This document shows, piece by piece, positions 41,895 through 50,213 of a stretch of 64,000 bases of DNA. The notes under the pieces were generated by a model, which did no database searches, had not been told where the DNA came from, and saw only the letters and a program-made list of their open reading frames with translations. Origin of the DNA: an uncultured Gammaproteobacteria bacterium (GTDB taxonomy: Bacteria; Patescibacteriota; Microgenomatia; UBA10105; UBA927); contig CAYMYO010000001.1 in NCBI GenBank assembly GCA_964394685.1, positions 64,040 through 128,039 of the forward strand, in the 5' to 3' direction. The translations under genes and the position numbers were made by a program. The stretch's first letter is position 1, and the number at the start of each line of letters is the position of its first letter.

Positions 41895-42829
41895 AAATTC
41901 GTAATAGTTTTCCTCATCACTTACGATACGACTTTGATCGCACCGCTGAAGAAATTTGGGATATTTTTACTTTAACGAAACGTTTAAAAAAGAAACTTCA
42001 AGAAGGTAAACCACATGAATTGTTAAAAGGAAAATCACTCGCCATGATTTTTGCAAAACCATCAACTCGAACGCGTGTGAGTTTTGAGGTTGGAATGACG
42101 CAGTTAGGTGGTCACGCGCTATTTCTTGGCCCCAATGATCTCCAACTATCTCGAGGTGAAACCATCGGTGACACTGCTCGAGTACTCTCCCGATATGTTG
42201 ACGGTATTATGGCGCGTGTATTTGCTCAAAAGGAAATTGAAGAATTAGCAGCAAATGCAATAGTGCCAATAATAAACGGTTTATCCGATATGTATCACCC
42301 ATGCCAAGCATTGACGGATATTTTTACTGTTTTTGAAAAACGAGAAATATTAAAAAAACTTACCATGTGTTTTATTGGAGATGGAGATAATAATGTCACA
42401 AATTCTCTCATGCTCCTTTCCGCAAGACTTGGTATACATTTAACTGTGGCTGCTCCGAAACAATATACACCATCAAAATTTATTCTAGACATGGCGTATA
42501 CAGAGGCAAAAAAAACAGGAGCACGTATAAGCGTAACGAATGATCCAGTAGCAGCGGTCAAGTACGCTGATATCATTCATACTGATGTTTGGGTAAGTAT
42601 GGGAAGAACAGATGGCGAGATGCGCAAAAAAATACTTTTTCCCTATCAGATAAATAGATCTTTGTTAAAAAAGGCACCAGCACACGCATTGGTGATGCAT
42701 TGTTTACCGGCTCATCGGGGTGAGGAAATAACTGACGATGTTATTGATGGACCACAGTCAATTGTTTTTGATCAAGCTGAAAATCGGCTTCATGTACAAA
42801 AGGCCATAATGGCTTTATGTATGAAATGA
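41891..42829 (+). CDS. Ornithine carbamoyltransferase (OTCase-family)
   Basis: The STRTR carbamoyl-phosphate motif, HPCQ, the ornithine-type DVWVSMG (DxxxSMG) loop, and HCLPA are all present. The start overlaps the SDR stop by 4 bp. Confidence 0.85.
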   Translation: MKIRNSFPHHLRYDFDRTAEEIWDIFTLTKRLKKKLQEGKPHELLKGKSLAMIFAKPSTRTRVSFEVGMTQLGGHALFLGPNDLQLSRGETIGDTARVLSRYVDGIMARVFAQKEIEELAANAIVPIINGLSDMYHPCQALTDIFTVFEKREILKKLTMCFIGDGDNNVTNSLMLLSARLGIHLTVAAPKQYTPSKFILDMAYTEAKKTGARISVTNDPVAAVKYADIIHTDVWVSMGRTDGEMRKKILFPYQINRSLLKKAPAHALVMHCLPAHRGEEITDDVIDGPQSIVFDQAENRLHVQKAIMALCMK

Positions 42830-42848
42830 ATGGATTACCAATGAAATT

Positions 42849-43964
42849 ATGCAAAAAAGACGAGTGTTTATTTTTATCGGTACCACTGCTGAACTAATTA
42901 AATTGGCACCGGTTATTCAGCAGTTAAATAAACGGAAAGTCAAATTTACGGTAATTGCTTCGCGACAAAACGATATTCGTTTTGATGAATTCCTTTCTAC
43001 CATCGGTAAGTTAGATATTATCTATGCAGTTACTCCAAAAAGCGCAGATTCTTCTATATTGCAATTTATTTCATGGGGAATACGAACATTCTTTTCGTTG
43101 TTGATAGGGTTGAAGCATCAGTTTAAAGGTTTGAATAAATTGAATTCATATTTCATTGTTCACGGAGATACTGTTTCCTCGCTTATGGGGTCTTTAGTTG
43201 CCAAAACATACGGATTGACTCTTGTTCACATTGAATCTGGTTTACGATCGTTTAATTTTTGGGAACCGTTTCCTGAAGAGATATGCAGATATATAGTGTC
43301 AAAACTTGCTGATATTCATTTTTGCCCTAATGAATGGTGTGTAAATAATTTGAAACATGTAAACGGAGAAAAAATAGATACAAAACAAAATACCCTAATA
43401 GAAACATTTTTGAGTGCTGTCAAAAACGAAAGTCATAATCCGGTGGTAGATAATATACAGAAACAACATAAAAAATATTATGTGCTTGTTGTACATAGAC
43501 AAGAACATATTTTTTTTGTAATTAAACAGATGCAACAAATTCTCTCATATATTTTTCGCTCTATCCCAAAAAATCTACAATGCATTTTTTTAGTTCATGA
43601 TCAATCAACGCAATTTATTACAGCATTAGATTTGATTATCCCTAAAGAAACTAAAGACAATATGATAAAAATTGGACGTTTACCGTATGGAGATTTTATT
43701 AAATTATTGCAAGGATCAGAGTTTGTCATTACAGATGGAGGAAGCAATCAAGAAGAATTATATTATATGGGAAAACCGTGCCTCATTCTTCGGAATTACA
43801 CAGAACGTATCGAAGGATTACAACGAAATGTTGTTTTAAGCAAATTACATATGCCTGTAATAAGACATTTTTTACATAATTATGTACAATATAAGAAACC
43901 TCCCATCAAGTTCACAAAGAAACCATCATCGATAATAGTAGATTATCTATATAAACAAATATGA
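42849..43964 (+). CDS. UDP-N-acetylglucosamine 2-epimerase (WecB/NeuC-family)
   Basis: The sequence IGTTAELIKLAPV corresponds to GTRPEAIKMAP. The sequence HGDTVSSLMGSLVAKTYGLTLVHIESGLRSFN...PFPEEICRYIVSKLADIHFCPNE parallels the WecB catalytic blocks. Confidence 0.8.
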   Translation: MQKRRVFIFIGTTAELIKLAPVIQQLNKRKVKFTVIASRQNDIRFDEFLSTIGKLDIIYAVTPKSADSSILQFISWGIRTFFSLLIGLKHQFKGLNKLNSYFIVHGDTVSSLMGSLVAKTYGLTLVHIESGLRSFNFWEPFPEEICRYIVSKLADIHFCPNEWCVNNLKHVNGEKIDTKQNTLIETFLSAVKNESHNPVVDNIQKQHKKYYVLVVHRQEHIFFVIKQMQQILSYIFRSIPKNLQCIFLVHDQSTQFITALDLIIPKETKDNMIKIGRLPYGDFIKLLQGSEFVITDGGSNQEELYYMGKPCLILRNYTERIEGLQRNVVLSKLHMPVIRHFLHNYVQYKKPPIKFTKKPSSIIVDYLYKQI

Positions 43965-45097
43965 ACATTCCTTTTAATAAACCACATCTTGCTGGAAAAG
44001 AAATGTCGTATATTCGAGATGCTCATAGGCGCAGACAACTAGCTGGGGATGGATTTTATACAAAAAAATGTCAACGATGGATGCAAGATAAGTTTGGATG
44101 TAAACAGAGCCTATTAACACATTCTGCAACAGCAGCTTTGGAGATGATAGCTATACTTTCTCAAATAAAACCCGGAGATGAAGTAATTATGCCTTCATAT
44201 ACATTCGTGAGCACCGCGAACGCATTCGTTCTTCGCGGTGGTGTTCCAGTATTTGTTGATATTCGCTATGACACAATAAATATTAATGAACAGATTATTG
44301 AACAAGCAATTACAAAAAAGACTAAAGCTATAGTTGTTGTTCATTATGCAGGAGTTGGTTGTGAAATGGATAGCATACGATCGATTGCTAAAAAACATAA
44401 TTTACTTGTACTTGAAGACGCAGCTCATGCGTTTTTAGCCAAATACAAGAATGAATTTTTGGGCACAGTAAGTGATTTGGCTGCTTTTAGTTTTCATGAG
44501 ACAAAGAACATTATATCGGGTGAAGGCGGGACTATATTTATTAATAATCCAAAATTTATTGAACGAGCAACAATAATTAGAGAAAAAGGTACAAATAGAA
44601 GTAAATTTTTTTTAGGTCTTGTAGATAAATATACGTGGGTAGATATCGGCTCTTCTTATTTACCGGGTGAAATAATTGCTTCATTTTTGATGGCTCAGCT
44701 GGAAAAAGCAACAAGCATTACAAAAAAAAGAGTTTTATTATGGAATAGGTATCATAAAGAATTGAAAGATTTAGAAGATCGCGAATTAATCCGCAGACCC
44801 ATCATGCCGAAATATATCGATCACAATGCTCATTTGTATTATATTTTGACAAAAAACAAAATACAGAGAATAGAACTTGCTCAACATCTTAAAGATAATG
44901 GTATTCTTGCGGTAACGCATTATGTTCCATTACATTCTTCTCCAGCTGGAAAAAAATTTGGCAGATATGTTGGAAGCATGAATGTTACTGATTTAGTTGC
45001 CGATACTTTGCTCCGACTACCTCTTTTTTACGACTTGCGCAGCGATGAGCAGGCAAAGGTACTTCATTGTATTCATGATTATTATAAACATATATAA
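43961..45097 (+). CDS. dTDP-4-amino-4,6-dideoxy-sugar transaminase (WecE/ArnB-like, DegT family)
   Basis: The sequence FNKPHLAGKEMSYIRDAH...GDGFYTKKCQRWMQDKFG...THSATAALEMIA...GDEVIMPSYTFVSTANAFVLRGGVPVFVDIR is almost block-for-block WecE. Confidence 0.85.
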   Translation: MNIPFNKPHLAGKEMSYIRDAHRRRQLAGDGFYTKKCQRWMQDKFGCKQSLLTHSATAALEMIAILSQIKPGDEVIMPSYTFVSTANAFVLRGGVPVFVDIRYDTININEQIIEQAITKKTKAIVVVHYAGVGCEMDSIRSIAKKHNLLVLEDAAHAFLAKYKNEFLGTVSDLAAFSFHETKNIISGEGGTIFINNPKFIERATIIREKGTNRSKFFLGLVDKYTWVDIGSSYLPGEIIASFLMAQLEKATSITKKRVLLWNRYHKELKDLEDRELIRRPIMPKYIDHNAHLYYILTKNKIQRIELAQHLKDNGILAVTHYVPLHSSPAGKKFGRYVGSMNVTDLVADTLLRLPLFYDLRSDEQAKVLHCIHDYYKHI

Positions 45098-45106
45098 TGC
45101 ATAACA

Positions 45107-46165
45107 ATGGCTTTAGTCAGCATTATTATCGCAACGTTCAATTCCGCCCGTACTCTTCCTAAAGTGCTAGAGGCAATTAACAAGCAAACATACCCGAAAA
45201 AAAATATCGAAATATTAATTATTGATGGAGGATCTACAGATAGCACTGTATCTATTGCAAAACGATATGATTGTAAAATAATTATGAATCCCAAAGTCGA
45301 GCCTAATTATGCTAAATATTTAGGACTTCAAAATGCAAAAGGGCTATATGTTCTTTATATTGATCATGATGAAGTTTTTACAAATATCGATAGTATCAAA
45401 ACAAGAGTTGATATTTTTAAAAAGCATCACAACGTTAAAGCAATAACAGGAAATGGATATAGTAATCCGCCCGGACTCCACATCATTAATCGTTATATTA
45501 ACGAATTTGGAGATCCTTTTTCTTTCTTTATCTATCGATTATCAAAGAATTCAAATTTTTTCCTACCAACTATGTACAAACGGTTTAAAGTAACATTTGA
45601 TACAGAATTATATTCTATTTTTGATCTTTCCACTTCTTCCGAAATAGCACTTATAGAATTGGGTGCCGGAGGAGGGATGATTGATAGATCATATGTAAAA
45701 AAGAGTTTTGACAACACTGTTACTCAATATCAATTAGTTCCTCATTTGTTACATCTTTTATGTCCTAAATATCCGTTTCTTGGGATTGTTAAAAACGATT
45801 CGTTATATCATTATTCATCTGACAATTTTGGAGGTTACATGCAAAAGATTATTTGGCGAATAAAAAATAATATTTTTCATACCGATACCCTAGGTGCATC
45901 TGGATTTACCGGAAGAGAAGAATTCCAGACGCCAATTTCTCGTTTAAAAAAACTTTTATTTCTTCCCTATGCATTTTCTATTTTATTTCCTTGTATAGAT
46001 GCTGCATATCTCATGGTTACTCGAAAGGATGCATCATATTGCATTCACGTTCCATTGACTGTCATAACCGCAAGTATTATCGTATATTATTATTTTTTGA
46101 AAACATTGGGAATTAAGTCGACAATGATGAGTTACGATGGATCTACAAAAGCATATGAAAAGTAA
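45107..46165 (+). CDS. Glycosyltransferase family 2
   Basis: The sequence VSIIIATFNSARTLPKVLEAINKQTYPKKNIEILIIDGGSTDSTVSIAKRY is GT2-like. It is a paralog of 31342-32328. Confidence 0.8.
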   Translation: MALVSIIIATFNSARTLPKVLEAINKQTYPKKNIEILIIDGGSTDSTVSIAKRYDCKIIMNPKVEPNYAKYLGLQNAKGLYVLYIDHDEVFTNIDSIKTRVDIFKKHHNVKAITGNGYSNPPGLHIINRYINEFGDPFSFFIYRLSKNSNFFLPTMYKRFKVTFDTELYSIFDLSTSSEIALIELGAGGGMIDRSYVKKSFDNTVTQYQLVPHLLHLLCPKYPFLGIVKNDSLYHYSSDNFGGYMQKIIWRIKNNIFHTDTLGASGFTGREEFQTPISRLKKLLFLPYAFSILFPCIDAAYLMVTRKDASYCIHVPLTVITASIIVYYYFLKTLGIKSTMMSYDGSTKAYEK

Positions 46166-48293
46166 TAAAACAATCAATTTTTCTATCTTGATTGCTTTAG
46201 GTATCGCATTAGTATTATTTGTTATACCATTTTTTTGGTTAAAGCCGGGATTTGTTGATATAGGAGGAGATAGCGGAAGGCTATACTTTATCGATCCGCT
46301 TTCATTGGTGCAAAACTTGTTTCAAAGAAGAAATTTTGATGGAGCGACAGCATATGCTATTCTTCCGTACTACATATTCTGCTATTTGATATTACGAGTA
46401 ACAGGCTTTTCAACTCTAACCATTGGAGTGGACAGAGGTATATTGCTATCTCTTGCTTTTGTATCAATATATTTGATAGTTAAACAATTATTGACAGTGA
46501 ACGAAAAAAATAAAATTCGCATTGTACTTGCTGCTATTACCAGCGGAATAGTTTATATAACATTGATAACAAAATTGGGATGGTTAGCTCAACTAGACAC
46601 ACATAATCAGATATTTCTCAATCCGTTGATTTTTTATCTATTATTACGATTTTGTACAACATCAAACCCATTATATGGATTGGGTATCATTATAATTTCT
46701 TTTATATATTCAGTGAACTTTAGTTTTACCGGAATGCCACAGGTTGCATCGTTTTACCCGCTTGCTATACTTTTTCTATTTATTATTCTTCGAATTATCT
46801 ATAAAGTAGCCATACCGTGGAAGAAATTATTTATTTTACTAATAGTACTTATTGGTGTCCATTCGTATCATCTTATACCTATTGCCGCGTCCATTTTTGA
46901 TAAAAGTAGTGTTACACATTCATATATATTTAATGAAGAAACGATTCTAGCTTCCGGTGTAAAATATTTTGAAGCAAACCATAAAGATCTTGGAAAAATA
47001 AGTTTAGAACTATTTCAACCATCAGAATGGTCTAGGAAAACTATATTTATTTTAATAATTCCAATAATTGTTCTACTCGGGTTTTTGAGAAAGCCTTCAC
47101 GATTGTTAGCTATTTTAAGCGTTTTTTTTGCAATTACCTTTTATTTAGTATCCGCAAATATCACTCACATTGGAATTTATATATATAAACACCTTTTTTA
47201 TATTCCCGGGTTTATGATGTTTCGATCGTTTCAGGAGAAATGGTATTACGTCTATTCCTTCTTTTTTGCATTATTATTTGCATGTTCCTTCTATTTATTA
47301 ATAAAACCCTTGAAGCGATTCGTTGCCATCGGTATTACTATTTTTGTTATTTGTCTATCGTTGTATCGGATATATCCATTTCTGCGGGGAGATGCTATTA
47401 AAGCTCCTTTATATCAATCAAATAATGTAACTTCAGTACTAAAGTTAGATCCGGACTTAATTTCAACACTTTCATTTATTAAAACCTTACCTCAAGATGG
47501 CAAAGTAACTATATTTCCTTTGACGTTTCCGTATTTTCAGTTGTTTTATGGTAAAGAGGGTGGTGCATATATGGGAATACCAACAGTATTTCCTATAACC
47601 GGCAGAACTGATTATGCTGGTTTTTGGACGTTTGGTCCATATAAAAAGCAAATCACCGATGCATTTATTAATAGAGATATTGATCGTTTGATTCAATATT
47701 TTTCGCGACTTAACATCCGATATATTTTTTATAACTCAGATGACCGTATTTATACAAACTTTCCGTCTTTTCCCTATGAATATCCCAAAGAAGGGATTCC
47801 ATCAATTAAAGACAAAGCATCGTACGATGCTCTTCTTGAATCCCTTCCTATTCATAAAATTTACGAAAAAGGATTTTATTCCCTGTATGAAATCGATAAA
47901 GACCTCATTCAACCGCTCATATATATCGAGGGTGATGAAACCGGATCATTAACATACAAAAAAATATCACCCGTTATTTATGATATATGGGTTCAAATGA
48001 ATGAGCGAAAAACGCCATTTGTTATTGTATTTTCTGAGCCGTATCAGAAAAGTTGGACAATAGATTTCCAAAACAACAAGGAGATAATAAAAGAGCATAT
48101 CATGATAAATAATTACGCTAACGGATGGGTTATCGATCCCACAAAAGCAAAAAGTTCTGTAATCCAAGGACGTATATATTTAAAGTTTCAAAACTATTTT
48201 TATATTGGAAGTTTGATTTCAGGGGTAGCGTTTATTGTTATTGCTGTTCTTTTTATTTTATATCTAATTAAAAAACGATATGCAAAGACCTAA
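46137..48293 (+). CDS. Giant polytopic membrane protein (GGD-SRLY family), putative GT-C glycosyltransferase
   Basis: The 718-aa protein has N-terminal GFVDIGGDSGRLYFIDPLSL and many TM helices, followed by a C-terminal extracytoplasmic domain and a terminal TM anchor. Paralogs lie at 50210 and 53459. Confidence 0.5.
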   Translation: MDLQKHMKSNKTINFSILIALGIALVLFVIPFFWLKPGFVDIGGDSGRLYFIDPLSLVQNLFQRRNFDGATAYAILPYYIFCYLILRVTGFSTLTIGVDRGILLSLAFVSIYLIVKQLLTVNEKNKIRIVLAAITSGIVYITLITKLGWLAQLDTHNQIFLNPLIFYLLLRFCTTSNPLYGLGIIIISFIYSVNFSFTGMPQVASFYPLAILFLFIILRIIYKVAIPWKKLFILLIVLIGVHSYHLIPIAASIFDKSSVTHSYIFNEETILASGVKYFEANHKDLGKISLELFQPSEWSRKTIFILIIPIIVLLGFLRKPSRLLAILSVFFAITFYLVSANITHIGIYIYKHLFYIPGFMMFRSFQEKWYYVYSFFFALLFACSFYLLIKPLKRFVAIGITIFVICLSLYRIYPFLRGDAIKAPLYQSNNVTSVLKLDPDLISTLSFIKTLPQDGKVTIFPLTFPYFQLFYGKEGGAYMGIPTVFPITGRTDYAGFWTFGPYKKQITDAFINRDIDRLIQYFSRLNIRYIFYNSDDRIYTNFPSFPYEYPKEGIPSIKDKASYDALLESLPIHKIYEKGFYSLYEIDKDLIQPLIYIEGDETGSLTYKKISPVIYDIWVQMNERKTPFVIVFSEPYQKSWTIDFQNNKEIIKEHIMINNYANGWVIDPTKAKSSVIQGRIYLKFQNYFYIGSLISGVAFIVIAVLFILYLIKKRYAKT

Positions 48294-49287
48294 ATTATTA
48301 ATAATCGGTTCCTTGTGTCTGATTTTTATCATGGCAGGAATTGTGCTGCTTGATCTTGCGGGTACATTTTCTTATTCTGATATCTCCTTTGGTTTAGCAT
48401 TTTTGATATTTTTTGTATTTATGATTATACAAAAAGGAACGAGTAAGGTTTCTTTTGTTATAGCGTTATATTTTCTTATAACCATGGGCTTATCATACAT
48501 ACAGACTGGAACGAGTGTAATAACTGAAAGGTTAGGAGAATGGTTTTATTTATTTTTTCTTGTTGGAATACTCGAGTACCTAAAAGAAGCATGGAGCATC
48601 AATGATTCTAAAAAACAAGATAGTCGTACTGATTGGAATTTTTATTATACAAATAGAATAGGAAGCAATAAGAAGATATCGTTACACACGCAACTTGATT
48701 TACATGCTAGGTGGTACAGTAATTGGCTTGCATATATACAAAAACACATTGATATTTATAGCAATTCACTTCATATGTTTGAAATAGGAAGCGGGATGGG
48801 AGGAGTGCTTACACAACTATCAACACGCGGAGTACCTATTACCGGAAGTGATATATCAAAGAAAGCAATTGAAACATATGTAGAAAAACATCCCCATGCG
48901 CCATATATATTCTATGACATTGAAAAAAAACAAATTCTCAAGAAACAATATGATAGAGTAGTATCCTTTGAGGTATTAGAACATGTTCACACTCCGTCTT
49001 TTGCAATTCGTAACATAAAAAAACTATTAAAAAAGGGAGGATATTTTGTCGGCACGACACAATATCCGTATGAACATATATGTAGCATGCCAACTCATAT
49101 TCATGTTCATGAACCAGAATATTGGAAGAATGCATTTTTAAAACAAGGATTTGTTACCGTAGAAACATATCCCATGTCTCTTCCTCCATACCTTTGGAGA
49201 ATTCATCCAAAATTAAATATTGTACTGCCTTGCTATATTCCTTTTTGGGGTTGGATATCGACGACCCTTATTATTGCACGCGTATGA
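48280..49287 (+). CDS. Membrane-anchored class I SAM-dependent methyltransferase
   Basis: An N-terminal stretch of about 110 aa carries 3-4 TM helices. It is followed by the MTase fold MFEIGSGMGGVLTQLSTRGVPITGSDIS...VVSFEVLEHVHTP...LLKKGGYFV. Confidence 0.7.
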   Translation: MQRPKLLIIGSLCLIFIMAGIVLLDLAGTFSYSDISFGLAFLIFFVFMIIQKGTSKVSFVIALYFLITMGLSYIQTGTSVITERLGEWFYLFFLVGILEYLKEAWSINDSKKQDSRTDWNFYYTNRIGSNKKISLHTQLDLHARWYSNWLAYIQKHIDIYSNSLHMFEIGSGMGGVLTQLSTRGVPITGSDISKKAIETYVEKHPHAPYIFYDIEKKQILKKQYDRVVSFEVLEHVHTPSFAIRNIKKLLKKGGYFVGTTQYPYEHICSMPTHIHVHEPEYWKNAFLKQGFVTVETYPMSLPPYLWRIHPKLNIVLPCYIPFWGWISTTLIIARV

Positions 49288-50213
49288 AATGTCCGGTTTG
49301 TTTTAGTACTACATGGGAAAATCTTTTTCCATCAAAGGATAGGTTATACTATTTCCCAGGTTTATTTCATACTATTTGTTGCAACAGATGTGGTATATGG
49401 AGTCTTGACCCATTTTTAGACGAACGTGAAGTACGTAAATACTATCCAAAAACGTATTATTCGTACCAAAAAAATACAAAGCCCGGTATTTTTTGGCGCT
49501 TACGCTCCTATATGATAAAAACAAGTATTTCTATGAAACTCGTTCATCGCTGTTTGAGGTCAATTATTAAAATTCCGGCGATCCCTTCATATGTAGAATA
49601 CGGTAAAATTCTTGATATCGGATGTGGTTCAGGTGATACATTATTCCAACTAAAGAATATTGGCTGGGATGTATACGGATTAGATATCGATAAGTCTGCT
49701 ATACAAGTAGCTCGTAAACGGGGATTAAAAAAGGTAACGTTTGGATCATATAAAACAATGGGTTTGTATCAGGATAACTATTTTGATGTTATTCGACTGT
49801 ATCACGTGATAGAACATTTAGATAATCCGGACGCGTTACTTGTACTTGCGTATCAAAAACTCAAAAAGGGAGGAGAATTAATTATCGGCACTCCGAATGC
49901 AAAGAGCTTCGCAGCAAAGATTTTTAAACAATATTGGTATAATCTTGATTGCCCGAGACACCTGTATGTCTTTAATCCTAAACAACTGATATCGCTTCTT
50001 AAAAGAACAGGGTTTACAAATATAAAAATATCGTTTTTTTCTGCAGGAGGGATATTGGGGTCAATTCAGTATTTTTTACATGACACGTTACGAATCAATA
50101 TTGATTTAATAAATCGACCAATGCTGCTATTTCTACTCTATCCTCTTGAGAGGATTTTAGATATATTTGGAATGGGGGATGTATTTGTAATTAGTGCAAA
50201 AAAAAGCATATGA
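49284..50213 (+). CDS. SAM-dependent methyltransferase with N-terminal Cys4 zinc-ribbon
   Basis: The start MKCPVCF at 49284 overlaps the upstream TGA in ATGA fashion. The zinc-ribbon is CPVCF...CCNRCG. The MTase fold is ILDIGCGSGDTLFQL...GLDIDKSAI...LYHVIEHLDNP...LKKGGELIIGTPN. Confidence 0.7.
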   Translation: MKCPVCFSTTWENLFPSKDRLYYFPGLFHTICCNRCGIWSLDPFLDEREVRKYYPKTYYSYQKNTKPGIFWRLRSYMIKTSISMKLVHRCLRSIIKIPAIPSYVEYGKILDIGCGSGDTLFQLKNIGWDVYGLDIDKSAIQVARKRGLKKVTFGSYKTMGLYQDNYFDVIRLYHVIEHLDNPDALLVLAYQKLKKGGELIIGTPNAKSFAAKIFKQYWYNLDCPRHLYVFNPKQLISLLKRTGFTNIKISFFSAGGILGSIQYFLHDTLRINIDLINRPMLLFLLYPLERILDIFGMGDVFVISAKKSI

